Shown here piece by piece: positions 9,351 through 19,392 of a DNA stretch of 46,887 nt (positions within the stretch are counted from its first letter, which is position 1; every line of letters starts with the position of its first letter). A program made the position numbers and the translations under genes. Where the stretch lies: contig JAVHQC010000028.1 in the NCBI GenBank assembly GCA_036170915.1, positions 1 through 46,887 of the forward strand. Direction: 5' to 3'. A model generated the notes under the pieces. It was not told where the DNA came from. It did not search any database and saw only the letters and a program-made list of their open reading frames with translations. The DNA comes from Cyanobacteria bacterium auto_48_18 (GTDB lineage Bacteria > Cyanobacteriota > Vampirovibrionia > Obscuribacterales > Obscuribacteraceae).

Positions 9351-9781
9351 TGAAACCCTGCAAACTAGGGACTTTGAGCCGTGATTATATAACAAAACCC
9401 TCCAGAGCGGGGCCTTTTCAAGGGCATTTGCTTTCCACACTTTATTTAAAAGCAAAGAAGTCAAGAGGTGCGCCAGCTATTTCAGTGACAAAGAACTGTT
9501 AGTGCCAGCTAAAACGGTTGTCATAAAGGCTTTTTGAATCAAGAACTACTTTCTTTGCCTATTACATATGCATTAGACAGAAGTGTAACTCTCAATTTCT
9601 AATTCAAACAAAAACCACGTCGCGCATTTAAATAATTCCCGCACCACATCATCTCCACTCCAAACAACAAGTTTTAGCTTGTTGGGAATTTTGTCTGCCG
9701 GAATTTTTCGAGCGCATTTCATTTAACACTCAGCGCAGAAGCTTTTCGAACTTCCGCTGACCAACGAAGGAAGTAACAACT

Positions 9782-10666
9782 ATGACGTATATCTCAAGCT
9801 CTAGCTGCGTCGTCGGTGAGCGCAATCTCTGCACTCCCAACGGCAAAATTGCTGCCCTTTTTATCGACATGGACGGCACCGCCGTTGTCTGCCAGCCTTA
9901 CTTTGACGAAGCCGCCGACGAGTTCGCGACTTTCATGAGCTTCATCGGTGTGCCCAAGGACGTCGCCCATGACACTCTCGGTAAGGTCTACGCCGGCAGC
10001 ATGCCTCACCGTGGTTTCGAACGCGAACGCTTCCCCGAAGCCCTGATCGAAGCCTACGAACTGCTCGCCAGCAACTACACTCTCACTGTTCCGCCTGAGG
10101 ATATCGAGCACGTTCGTTCGATTCTGAAGGGTATCGGCAGTGCGCCGTATTTCCGCAAGCCGAAGCTCTTTCCGCATGTCATGGAAGTGCTCAACCGAGC
10201 TCACGACCGCTTCATGCTGATCGCTGTCACCGTGGGCGACTATGAAGTGCAGCAGTACAAGATTCGGCAGGCCGGTCTCGACAAGGTTTTCGACGACCGC
10301 ACCATCACTCTGCAAGAAGCAAAGGATCACCTGGTCGCCGAAGCCATGGCCGATCTGAACATCGATCCGGAATACTCGGCTTTCATCGGCAACTCCATCC
10401 GTTCCGATGGCATCTGCCTGAACGTCACCAACCTGATCTACCTGCCGCTCGAATCTTCGCTGCCCAAGGCCACCGACAAGTTCCCCGAGAACACCGGCTT
10501 CCAGCAGTTCAACGTCAACAACTGGCGTGAAGCCGAGCAGCGCGCTATCAACCGTCTCCTGCGCCAGCGGGACGAAGGCATGCGCGAGATGGTGGCGAAG
10601 AACCAGTCTCTTGGTAATGCCAAGTGTGGTGGTTGCAAGACTCGCCGCCCGACCAAGAAGCGCTAA
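9782..10666 (+). CDS. HAD-superfamily hydrolase
   Basis: Motif I FIDMDGT, motif II VTVGD, motif IV FIGNSIRSD; SD GAAGGAAG. Confidence 0.85.
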   Translation: MTYISSSSCVVGERNLCTPNGKIAALFIDMDGTAVVCQPYFDEAADEFATFMSFIGVPKDVAHDTLGKVYAGSMPHRGFERERFPEALIEAYELLASNYTLTVPPEDIEHVRSILKGIGSAPYFRKPKLFPHVMEVLNRAHDRFMLIAVTVGDYEVQQYKIRQAGLDKVFDDRTITLQEAKDHLVAEAMADLNIDPEYSAFIGNSIRSDGICLNVTNLIYLPLESSLPKATDKFPENTGFQQFNVNNWREAEQRAINRLLRQRDEGMREMVAKNQSLGNAKCGGCKTRRPTKKR

Positions 10667-10674
10667 CTCGTAAA

Positions 10675-10705
10675 CCCGGCTCTCCATGGAGAGTCGGGGA
10701 TTTTT
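10675..10705 (+). terminator. Probable terminator
   Basis: CCCGGCTCTC-CATG-GAGAGTCGGG stem followed by GATTTTT. Confidence 0.7.
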
Positions 10706-10753
10706 CACCGTCTTACATTGCTGCAAAAAATTCGCAAGCAAGGACAAAAAACT

Positions 10754-11200
10754 ATGAAACAAATGCTCCAGATGTTTTTCATGCAGATGCAACATCTTCA
10801 CAAGATGTTCTTCTACTTCCTCGGTGCGTCGCTGCTCATCTGCCTTCTCGGCATGGGAGTCTCGGCCATCGGTGGACTCTTCCTCGCCCTCATTGCCATG
10901 GCTCTTGTTTCGGCAGGAACTCTGGCCGGCGGCGTTGGACTGACGATTTCGCTGCGCTCTCTTTTCGGCCTCACACAGGTCGGAAGATTGGTGCAGTACG
11001 GGTCATTCTGGCTCTCGGCCGTGGTTTCGCTCTGGGTGATTGACTGGATCTTCCACGACTCGCTCATGGTGCACAGCGCCATTCTCGCCGGATTCGCCAT
11101 CTTCGCAGTGGCTTTCACCACTGCCACCATCACTGGTGAAGTGCCGACCAAAGGCCGCTCCTGGCTGCCGGTGAAGATGAAGGCTCCGCCCAGCGCATAG
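10754..11200 (+). CDS. Multi-pass membrane protein, unknown function
   Basis: AAGGA SD then ATG 10754; about four hydrophobic segments. Confidence 0.75.
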   Translation: MKQMLQMFFMQMQHLHKMFFYFLGASLLICLLGMGVSAIGGLFLALIAMALVSAGTLAGGVGLTISLRSLFGLTQVGRLVQYGSFWLSAVVSLWVIDWIFHDSLMVHSAILAGFAIFAVAFTTATITGEVPTKGRSWLPVKMKAPPSA

Positions 11201-11221
11201 CGCTTTTCACATCAACCAAAC

Positions 11222-11265
11222 GCAGACGACCGCCTGACAAAGGTGGTCGTTTGTTCGTTGTTTTT
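11222..11265 (+). terminator. Intergenic hairpin / possible terminator
   Basis: GCAGACGACCGCCT pairs with AGGTGGTCGTTTGT, followed by a T-rich tract. Confidence 0.55.
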
Positions 11266-11282
11266 CAGAGGAGGAAATAATT

Positions 11283-12269
11283 ATGCATAACATAACCAAC
11301 GCCTCTGACGGGCGTGCACTTTATCACCACATCTGGCAAGTCGTCGGCCAGACCTTCTTCGACACCAGTAGCCTCAGCGATTGGCACTCGCTCGAACACC
11401 GCTTCGACGACTTGATTGTTGACGGGCAAACCGCTCTGCAATACATCGACGAAATGATGGCGACGCTCAACGACACCTACACCGAGCGCGTCGTCAACGA
11501 AGAGCCTCAGGTAGTAGTCGCCGCCGTTGACGCTGCACCTGCTCAAAAGGCAGAAGAAGATACCGGCGTTCTCGGCGTTCTGCGTCCTGACGGCATCGGC
11601 TATCTGCGCGTGCTCAGCTTCGATCGGCCGAACATCTTCGCTGAGGTTGCTGCCGCCATCGACAAAATCGCAACTTGCGATGGAGTCGTACTCGACTTGC
11701 GCAACAACAGCGGCGGTCGCATGCACGAAGCCATGGCTCTGTGCGGGTACTTCCTCGACAACGGTGTCATTGCCACCACGCAGATGCGTCACGAAGATGG
11801 TGGCATTGTCAGCCGCCAGTACGCAATCAACGACACGCAATTTTTCGCCACGGTTACGCAGCCCAATGGCGACGTCACCATCGAGATGTACGAAAGGCCT
11901 GCTGCGCTTCTCGCCGGCAAGCCGCTCGTGATCTTGATCAACAAACGCACCGCCAGCGCAAGCGAACTGATGGTTGCCGCTCTGGTGCAAAACGGCATCG
12001 AAGGCAAAGTGCTCATGGTCGGCAATGGCCCTACGCCCGGCAAAGGCATCGGTCAGGCTGAATATGTGCTGTTCGACGGTGCTCTGACAATTCGAGTCAC
12101 TCGCAACCACTGGCTCACGCCTGGTGGTGACTGGCTCGGAGACTGCGGTCAGACCATTCGCAATGGTATCGAACCTGATATCAGCGTGCCGAATGACCGT
12201 GGAATCGAGGGCATCCAAACTGCTTTCCAGGAGCTTCGCAAGATGCTTCCCGAGAAAGTCGCGGTCTAG
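11283..12269 (+). CDS. S41 (CtpA/Tsp-like) serine peptidase lacking PDZ and signal peptide
   Basis: IGYLRVLSF, LDLRNNSGG, catalytic TASASE and GKGIGQ, WLTPGG, GIEPDI; SD GAGGAGG. Confidence 0.9.
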   Translation: MHNITNASDGRALYHHIWQVVGQTFFDTSSLSDWHSLEHRFDDLIVDGQTALQYIDEMMATLNDTYTERVVNEEPQVVVAAVDAAPAQKAEEDTGVLGVLRPDGIGYLRVLSFDRPNIFAEVAAAIDKIATCDGVVLDLRNNSGGRMHEAMALCGYFLDNGVIATTQMRHEDGGIVSRQYAINDTQFFATVTQPNGDVTIEMYERPAALLAGKPLVILINKRTASASELMVAALVQNGIEGKVLMVGNGPTPGKGIGQAEYVLFDGALTIRVTRNHWLTPGGDWLGDCGQTIRNGIEPDISVPNDRGIEGIQTAFQELRKMLPEKVAV

Positions 12270-12336
12270 TTAGCGAGCGCAAGCCGCTGATTAGGCTAAA
12301 CCGAAACATCGTTCAACAGAAAGACAGAGGATCTCA

Positions 12337-12561
12337 ATGAAAATCGAGATGAACCCCAAGGAACCGCAGCGAATCAAGGTTCGCTATAACGGCGTCGAAA
12401 TCCATGACTCGGTTCTCCAGCCTGGTCCCAACGTGGTCGAAGTCGATCACCCGAAGACCTGCGGCAAGGCCGAGCTGTTCTTCGTGGAGGAAGACGGCAG
12501 CGAGTTTCCGGTCGGCGTTGCCGATTACGGCGACTGTCAGTGCACTCCCAAGTGCAGCTGA
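12337..12561 (+). CDS. Small hypothetical protein with C-terminal CxCxxxC
   Basis: GAGGA SD, 74 aa, same codon bias as neighbours, terminator downstream. Confidence 0.75.
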   Translation: MKIEMNPKEPQRIKVRYNGVEIHDSVLQPGPNVVEVDHPKTCGKAELFFVEEDGSEFPVGVADYGDCQCTPKCS

Positions 12562-12600
12562 GCTGCTGATTCGCTAGGGTAAAAACCTTCTTGGTTTTTC

Positions 12601-12646
12601 AATTCAGAGAAATTCGTCGCAAGACGTTTTATCTCTGAATTTTTTT
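12601..12646 (+). terminator. Probable terminator with GCAA tetraloop
   Basis: AATTCAGAGA..CGTC-GCAA-GACG..TCTCTGAATT then T tract. Confidence 0.65.
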
Positions 12647-12798
12647 GGCCTCTTCTGTGACATGGAGTAGTATAAAGAGTTTCGCGAGATTGGCCGCTGC
12701 AAAGGGTGGGATGTGTTTCAAAAACTAGAGCGTTTTGTGTTGCGACGCCCACTCTCGCTTATAATTTGGACCCGGCAAAATCTCGCATACCAAGCCAT

Positions 12799-13428
12799 AT
12801 GAATCGCAAATCGAAAATACAATCACAGATATTTTGGACCGCTGCCACTATCGCAACTATCTCCTTGTGGCCGATTAGACCAGCAACAGCAACCAACTTT
12901 ACTGCCCGAGAAAAGTTGCCGAGTGCCAATGTAAATGAATCACTTTACGCCAGTCGAATCAATCGATGGTATTACGAGGGTTGTTTAACTGGTTGCGGAC
13001 GAGGCTATATGGTCGGTTATCTAATAGGGTCAAGTCAGACTAAAGAGGCGCGTCAGAAAGATCCCGGAATGATTTCTCTTACTACAGCTGCTTGGCCTCA
13101 AGGCAACATTACAAGAGAAATACAAACAGAACTTGATGAAATTCTTTCAAACGAGAAACAATCACAAGTTAACGGCCAATACCCACACCCCCTTCCTCGC
13201 GTGATTGCGACTGTAGAGCAATTACCTATACGACATGCAGGAATTTATACGACTTTCCATGCAGCCGTGCACGACGGTTTTAGGGCTGGGCATGCTGATG
13301 TGAAAAGTAATTGGAGTTATAGAACCAACGCGTATCTGCAGTTGTATGCCCTGAATCACAAGCCCGATTTACAGAGCGATGTTGCAAAAGAAATCCTGCA
13401 CAAGCATTTGCTTTATCCAATAGAGTGA
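12799..13428 (+). CDS. Hypothetical exported protein
   Basis: ATG 12799 (MNRKSK) followed by a signal-peptide-like segment ending ATA; no family recognised. Confidence 0.55.
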   Translation: MNRKSKIQSQIFWTAATIATISLWPIRPATATNFTAREKLPSANVNESLYASRINRWYYEGCLTGCGRGYMVGYLIGSSQTKEARQKDPGMISLTTAAWPQGNITREIQTELDEILSNEKQSQVNGQYPHPLPRVIATVEQLPIRHAGIYTTFHAAVHDGFRAGHADVKSNWSYRTNAYLQLYALNHKPDLQSDVAKEILHKHLLYPIE

Positions 13429-13491
13429 TTTCCCGGTGCTCTTAACCTGCAGCCACAAGACAAACAGTGAGAATAACTTGAGATAGTCTAC

Positions 13492-14010
13492 TCATGGCAG
13501 CGAATTCAGTTTTTTCAAAAATGGATAAAAATTGCGCGGAGGCACGAAGTCGCATACAGGATAAGTACGAGGAGGCTTGACGTTTTGCCGCTGTTCAGCG
13601 GCATATTGCTTTCCCAATAGTTCCTGAGGATCCGCCGGTTTGACTAACTTCTCTTCCTCTAACATTTTCGACTCATCAGAACTCCGGAACTCCCTCCCAA
13701 CAATCTTATGACGCTGTATGGGCCGGTCATCCACTACCTCAAATTGTTTTTCAGAAAGCTTTCGAATAGTTCCGTTATTTGGCGAAGCCAGCACATCAAT
13801 CTGAGGGGCGTTAGAAGACTTCTTTTCTTCAACAGGCACACTGGGCACAGAAGCGAAGGGATTTCCTCCAACTTCAATTCGATTCTGAGTGCGGACTTCA
13901 GGCAAAACACCAAAGTCGCCTACATAACGAAAATCAGAACTTTCCGCCAGTGCAGAATTGCCAGCCAAAACCACGACCAAAGCAAGATAGAGAGGACGCA
14001 GTTGGTTCAT
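13492..14010 (-). CDS. Hypothetical secreted protein (paralog of the upstream gene)
   Basis: Signal peptide ending ALA; shares VVDDRP and PPRNFYP motifs with 14020-14397. Confidence 0.7.
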   Translation of the reverse strand: MNQLRPLYLALVVVLAGNSALAESSDFRYVGDFGVLPEVRTQNRIEVGGNPFASVPSVPVEEKKSSNAPQIDVLASPNNGTIRKLSEKQFEVVDDRPIQRHKIVGREFRSSDESKMLEEEKLVKPADPQELLGKQYAAEQRQNVKPPRTYPVCDFVPPRNFYPFLKKLNSLP

Positions 14011-14019
14011 AAGCCGAAT

Positions 14020-14397
14020 TTACCTGGCGAAGTATGGATAAAAATTACTTGGCGGTTCCAACTGGCTAGCCGGACTGACTCTAACCTCCTGCGGCGGTTC
14101 GGGCCTATACACGTAAGTATTTTTAGAATTCTTCAGATCAAGTCCATCATTCTCGAACACCATACTTTTAACTATTGCCCAACTATCCGTTGGTACGTAG
14201 TTAGCCTGGCTAACTAGCGTCGTCGGTTTATTCGGAGCAGTCCTTAAATCATGAACAACAGGCCAATCATCAACAATTTGAATCTGCGGCTTATGACCAA
14301 AATCAAAATTTCCCTTAAGTGGAAAAACAGCATCACCAGCCAACGCCGGTAGGCTACTTAGAAGCAATACACTGATTATCGTGCTAATTAATTTCAT
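14020..14397 (-). CDS. Hypothetical secreted protein
   Basis: MKLISTIISVLLLSSLPALA signal peptide; IVDDWP and PPSNFYP motifs. Confidence 0.7.
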   Translation of the reverse strand: MKLISTIISVLLLSSLPALAGDAVFPLKGNFDFGHKPQIQIVDDWPVVHDLRTAPNKPTTLVSQANYVPTDSWAIVKSMVFENDGLDLKNSKNTYVYRPEPPQEVRVSPASQLEPPSNFYPYFAR

Positions 14398-14466
14398 TGC
14401 GCAACCACGACTAACACTAAAATCATTATGCATGCATTAATCAGGAAACTAACGCAAGTTAGAGTT

Positions 14467-15102
14467 TCATTCTGCAGCTTTAAGTACTGCAGACATCTTG
14501 GCCAGGCGCTCAACTCGCTGCTCCGGCACCCGCACAGAGCGCCGTTTAATAGTTTTGGGCGACATTTCTTTTTCTAACGCAACAAGTGCCAGGTCCTTCA
14601 AGCTTAGTGCCACTTTGCCTTCAAAAAGTAACTGGCCAAATGCTATTCCTATGATTGTGTCATCGCCAGTATCCATCACATAATCATCGAGCAACACATG
14701 AAAAGTGTCAGGCGTGATCATCTGCCATCTATGGAGTGGTGCTTGAAAGTTTTTCAAAACGTCTTTCACCAGAACCATTGGATTGGCTGCGGGGTTTACG
14801 GCGCGCCACTTTCTGTAAGCATTTAATGCATCCGCACCATTGTCATTGCCAAACGGCGAATTATCATCAGCACAATTCCAGTAAAAATCGTCCTTCATCA
14901 AAACCAGAGCTTTTGGATGTGCTACTTTCTTAGATAAAATCCAGGAATTGGGGTCGGCCTTCGCCGCATCCCTTAGCAGTCGGGCTGATTCTTCCGGCGA
15001 TACTTTGTGTGCGTCGAGATATTCATAGAAGCCCGCTCCAGCCAGTACTATCAGCACCACAATGCCAAGTAAAAACATACCCACTGTTTTTAAAATTGTC
15101 AT
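14467..15102 (-). CDS. YfeS/MolR-like protein with N-terminal membrane anchor
   Basis: Motif YWNCADDNSPFGNDNGADAL and IGIAFGQL..EGK resemble the YfeS/MolR family; N-terminal TM. Confidence 0.6.
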   Translation of the reverse strand: MTILKTVGMFLLGIVVLIVLAGAGFYEYLDAHKVSPEESARLLRDAAKADPNSWILSKKVAHPKALVLMKDDFYWNCADDNSPFGNDNGADALNAYRKWRAVNPAANPMVLVKDVLKNFQAPLHRWQMITPDTFHVLLDDYVMDTGDDTIIGIAFGQLLFEGKVALSLKDLALVALEKEMSPKTIKRRSVRVPEQRVERLAKMSAVLKAAE

Positions 15103-15117
15103 TTCGGTCTCCTGCGT

Positions 15118-16056
15118 TCATGAGACTTGCACTGCCCGCTTTCTCATATATTTGTCCACAACAACATAAAGAGCCACGCCTCCGACAATCAGAGCACATG
15201 CCTCGTACCAGGGGTGACCTTGTGTGCAGACAAAAAGAGACTTGGTAGTTAGCACAGATTTGATGTCATTCAAAATCAAAGCATCGAACAAGTTGTTGGC
15301 GGCATGAGCACCAATAGCCATTTCCAAACTGCCTGTTCGCAGTGTTATCAAAGCCATAAGCAGGCCCATGGCGAAATAACAAATCACCATAGGTGCCAGA
15401 CCATAAGAAACTTCAGGATTATAAAGATGAGGCAGCATGAAGATAAAGCCATTGAGAGCGGCTGCAAGCCAAATATTGCGCACCTTGTTGCCCATCGCCT
15501 GTAGTAAGTAACCTCTGAAAAACAGTTCTTCAGCCAAACACTGAATGGGGGTCAAGAATAAGACTAGAGGCGCGTAAGAGAAATACTGAACACCAGGCAT
15601 CTCGAATTTGTATGAGTGTGGATAAATTATCCAGCCAACAGCTCCCGCTAAGGCAGCCAGACAGAACCAAGCACCGAACCCACAGGCAAGGCGTCGCCAA
15701 CTAAATTTGGCAGAGCTGATCAGCGTAAAAATTGAGCGCCGGTGAAGGAAACAGACCACCAGAAAAGTAAAGAGCAGCAGAAAAAAGCTGGGCACATTTA
15801 CGGCCACATAGTTGGCCATATCATCCACACCTTCGATGTGCCCACTGTTGCTCTCGATATTCGGCATTTTGCCGCCGGCGGCAATAACAATAATAACGAT
15901 GAACCAAAAAACACCGAAGACAAAATATCCAGCCACGACAATCAGCAGGCCAAGCAGATACCGCCACCAGGCGCTCTTGCCTAGCCGACCAAGGTCAAGA
16001 AAATTTTGCGCAGTTTCTTGCGCAGATGAAGCACTGCTTTCCGCGCTATCACGCAC
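15118..16056 (-). CDS. CPBP (CAAX/Abi) intramembrane glutamic endopeptidase
   Basis: EELFFRGY, FMLPH, AIGAHAANN motifs; probable GTG start overlapping the RDD stop. Confidence 0.9.
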   Translation of the reverse strand: MRDSAESSASSAQETAQNFLDLGRLGKSAWWRYLLGLLIVVAGYFVFGVFWFIVIIVIAAGGKMPNIESNSGHIEGVDDMANYVAVNVPSFFLLLFTFLVVCFLHRRSIFTLISSAKFSWRRLACGFGAWFCLAALAGAVGWIIYPHSYKFEMPGVQYFSYAPLVLFLTPIQCLAEELFFRGYLLQAMGNKVRNIWLAAALNGFIFMLPHLYNPEVSYGLAPMVICYFAMGLLMALITLRTGSLEMAIGAHAANNLFDALILNDIKSVLTTKSLFVCTQGHPWYEACALIVGGVALYVVVDKYMRKRAVQVS

Positions 16057-17020
16057 GTTCGCGTACGACGCATCCGGTGAGCAAGTCAGGAACGGTTTGT
16101 CTTTTCTTGGTGCCAATAAGAATATGCATCGCGCCGAAAGTGACAAAACAAGCCAGTGCAGTCATAGCCAAAACAGAAGCTGTTGGGGCATCAAGGTGAG
16201 CACCGAGCCTCAAAGTAGTCTCGTAAAAGAAACTGTAAACCGCTAAGAAAGCCACGATTGGCGACAGTGAAAGAATAGTTTTGAACACCACTTTTTCAGC
16301 GCCCACATTTTCGCCATCGTTATTAGTGACATAAAGCCCCAACCAGAACTTACCAAGAGTGGCTTGCACCGGCGACGATTCAAAAGCTGCTTGATAGCCT
16401 AGAATTGTGAGCACAGCCATGGCCGGTACGCCCACATAAAAGAAATTGAGCATCAGAGCAGCAGCGCTGGGAATTGCTAAGAGCGATTTGGCAATGGCTA
16501 AATAACTAATGAATTCCAGACTAATCATGGAGCCGACAATAAAGAGATCGACTGCTTTAGCAGCAGCGCGCTTGAACAGATAATTGCGCAAAGCAATCTT
16601 TTCTTGATCGTGCACATTGGTGCTTTGGTTTTGCAAAAATCCGATGGGATTTTCCCAAATAGTCTTTTCCGCTCCTGTAGAAAAATATTTGCCGCAAGTG
16701 GCGCAGGTTAAGCGACCCTCGCTGGAAGTGGCTCCGCATGAGGCACAAACAAGTTTAAGTTTGCTTTTCTCACTACTTTCCAGGGCGGCAATTTTTGCAG
16801 CCAGGTCAGAGCCATAGCTGCCAGTGCTCGTGCTCGATGCAACGCCAGTGGTGGCATTAACATTAGTACCCGCATTTACACCCGGATACATTGAAGGAAT
16901 GTCTTTGGTGGTTTTGCGGGAAAGATCAATAGTGCCGCTGGGGGCTTTAACTCTCTTGGGATTCTCTTCGGTGATGCGGCCAATTGTTTTGGCAAGCGAA
17001 TGAGAATTCTGATTATTCAC
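16049..17020 (-). CDS. RDD family membrane protein with N-terminal zinc ribbon
   Basis: CASCG...CATCG; KRAAAKAVD, QATLGKFWLGLYV, KRQTVPDLLTGCVV. Confidence 0.85.
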   Translation of the reverse strand: MNNQNSHSLAKTIGRITEENPKRVKAPSGTIDLSRKTTKDIPSMYPGVNAGTNVNATTGVASSTSTGSYGSDLAAKIAALESSEKSKLKLVCASCGATSSEGRLTCATCGKYFSTGAEKTIWENPIGFLQNQSTNVHDQEKIALRNYLFKRAAAKAVDLFIVGSMISLEFISYLAIAKSLLAIPSAAALMLNFFYVGVPAMAVLTILGYQAAFESSPVQATLGKFWLGLYVTNNDGENVGAEKVVFKTILSLSPIVAFLAVYSFFYETTLRLGAHLDAPTASVLAMTALACFVTFGAMHILIGTKKRQTVPDLLTGCVVRERA

Positions 17021-17202
17021 TTTATTTTCAACCTGATTTTTAAAAGAAAAAACGCCTTTTCAGTAGCCAAGATATTAACGCGATCACATATCAAGACGGC
17101 CTTAATTTAACATCCTTTAATAATAGGATCAAATGCCACTTTCCATCAGGCTTTGAGAACGTATAATCCCAAAACTGCAAATTTCCTGGAGCGATTTTCA
17201 AC

Positions 17203-18201
17203 ATGCCTGACGTTCTTTGTCTCGGTGAAATACTTGTCGATTGGGTCTGCACGACTGTTGGAGCTGAGCTCGACAAAGCGCAGATGTTTACGAAGGCTGC
17301 TGGAGGAGCACCTGCCAATACGGCAGTTGGCCTGGCCAGACAGGGAATTGCTACGGCCTTTATCGGACGCACGTCTGATGATGCCTTCGGTCGCTGGCTG
17401 CGCTCTATATTGGAAGACGAAGGTATCAATGTAGATGCCGCCATTCTTGACCCGGCTGCCCAGACAAGAATGGCCTATGTGGTCACCACCGCTACCGGTG
17501 ACAGAAAGCTGGCAGAGTTCTCACGCATCGCCTGCGCTGACACTAAATTGCAGCCAAACGACCTCAAACAGCATCTTTTTGCTCAGGCCTGCGTTTTGCA
17601 TTTTGGTTCCATCTCACTAATTGAAAGCCCCGCCGCCGAAGCGACTAAAAAGGCTGTGGAATTGGCTCGCGCCAGTAAGATGCTGGTGTCTTATGACCCA
17701 AATGTGCGCATCAGCCTCTGGCCTTCCAAAGAGACCTGCAAACAGACAATCTTGAATACTTTGAATTGGGCCGACATCGTCAAAATCAATGAAGATGAAT
17801 TGGAATTTCTTACAGGCTCCCGCGAATTTTCATCAGCCGACGCTTTGAGAGCTGAACACGATTTGCCGATGCTGATTATCACCCTCGATTCGCGCGGCGC
17901 TTACTTTGTCACTAAAGATGGCGGCAAGCATGTGCAGGGCTTCCAGGTAGAACTGGTGGAAGCCACAGGTGCAGGCGACGGTTTTAATTCAGGCGTGATC
18001 GCCGGACTATTGCCGCTGATCAAACCTGCTCCCGATCGCAGAGAAGCGCTGTTAGCCCTCGACCACCAGAAACTTTCCGACATCGTTCGCACAGCTAACG
18101 CAATCGGCGCTATCACGTGCACCAAGGCCGGGGCCATCCCTGCTTTGCCTACGAGAGAAGAGATTGAGACATTCCATCAAAAAATGTCAGTGAAAAACTA
18201 G
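17203..18201 (+). CDS. PfkB-family carbohydrate kinase (fructokinase-like)
   Basis: GEILVD, GGAPANTAVGLARQG, YDPNVR, KINEDE, ATGAGDGF. Confidence 0.95.
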   Translation: MPDVLCLGEILVDWVCTTVGAELDKAQMFTKAAGGAPANTAVGLARQGIATAFIGRTSDDAFGRWLRSILEDEGINVDAAILDPAAQTRMAYVVTTATGDRKLAEFSRIACADTKLQPNDLKQHLFAQACVLHFGSISLIESPAAEATKKAVELARASKMLVSYDPNVRISLWPSKETCKQTILNTLNWADIVKINEDELEFLTGSREFSSADALRAEHDLPMLIITLDSRGAYFVTKDGGKHVQGFQVELVEATGAGDGFNSGVIAGLLPLIKPAPDRREALLALDHQKLSDIVRTANAIGAITCTKAGAIPALPTREEIETFHQKMSVKN

Positions 18202-18773
18202 GTTCATAACCGGTTACCGCAGCCTTCATTAACAAACCTTCAATTGCTACAGCCAGGTTGGCTGACATAGGTTGTCATCATCTCCTAATCCCCTCTTTTC
18301 CACTTTAAAAAGCCCATTGAACCCAACCTGTTGACGTCACATCTGTGAATCCTTTTGAAGTCGCTTCGCGTGCTTTGCCGACTCTACTTTTGAATCGCTG
18401 AAGTACGGAAATCTGACCTATCTGTCTGCATCAATTGTTTTGATTGCGCATCTATCTGAAATCGAGACTTGACCGTCTATCTGTCAATTCTCATATCGAA
18501 CCTGGCCGCAGCAGTCTTTGCTTTCGAACGTTGGTCGCCGCCAATTTGTTTCGATTTCACTACCGCTGGCAGCTCAGTTCATATTTTTTTGCCGCCTTTC
18601 ATGCAGCCACATCGATTTTGTCGACGTGTTCTCCATTTAGTGTCGGCGATTTAGCGCCATCAACTTGCTTCAGCACGGTTGCTTCTGGTTTGCCAGAGAC
18701 CGTGCCTTCGAATTCCGGGCTACGGAGCGAAGCAAGCAACATGCCCAAAACAGACAGCGAAAGGAACATCATC

Positions 18774-19130
18774 ATGCGTATGGACCAATACATCGGCCTC
18801 AACAAGTGGGCCCAAGAGAGAGTCTCAGAGTCACACGTCGTTCGTGAAGTCGGAGCGCAAATTCTTCCCAGCGGGAAGGTTGTGTCTTTCGACCGCACTG
18901 TGCGTGTGCCGCTGGTCACCACCGAGGTGATCGGTCACATCACGGGAGCCTGGGTGGACAAAGTCGCCGACCTGCATCGTTACACGATGCCCAATGGTTC
19001 GGTGTTCGAAGAGTTCGTTCAGGCAGAACCGTGGAGTGGAGGCCCGTGCTATTACATCGCCCTCAAGAACAAGAAGGGTGCGGTAGTGCGGCAATCGCTC
19101 TGGACAAATGAGGAGACCGGCCTAGGCTAA
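18774..19130 (+). CDS. Hypothetical protein (118 aa)
   Basis: AAGGA SD before ATG 18774; biased codon usage starts here; hairpin 19156-19198 downstream. Confidence 0.65.
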   Translation: MRMDQYIGLNKWAQERVSESHVVREVGAQILPSGKVVSFDRTVRVPLVTTEVIGHITGAWVDKVADLHRYTMPNGSVFEEFVQAEPWSGGPCYYIALKNKKGAVVRQSLWTNEETGLG

Positions 19131-19392
19131 GACTCACCAGTCTGGTCTAAGCAATGCCGCCCTGGTTTCGACTCCCACCGGAGAGGAGCCAGGGCGGTCG
19201 CGGCAGACACTAAGAATATCTGTTGTGTGGAAGTTGGGCTGGTGCTTTCAAGCACTTTCACAATTTCCTTTTTAAGCCCGAGCACTACAACATATAATAT
19301 AACGAAACATTTCGTTGTTAGCAAAGCAGCGACCGAGCAAGAAATATGGCCGTCAAGAGCCTATAATGCCTGTAAATTGATTCGATTGTTTA

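Noticed and set aside
12275..12305. GAGC-GCAA-GC hairpin plus AGGCTAA(A/G)CCG, also near 45404-45460 and 41413-41423
   Set aside because: Short, variably spaced and in different structural contexts; insufficient to call a repeat family
18444..18773. N-terminal extension of the 228-aa ORF
   Set aside because: TTG start without SD and non-coding-like composition; a good SD and codon bias begin at 18774
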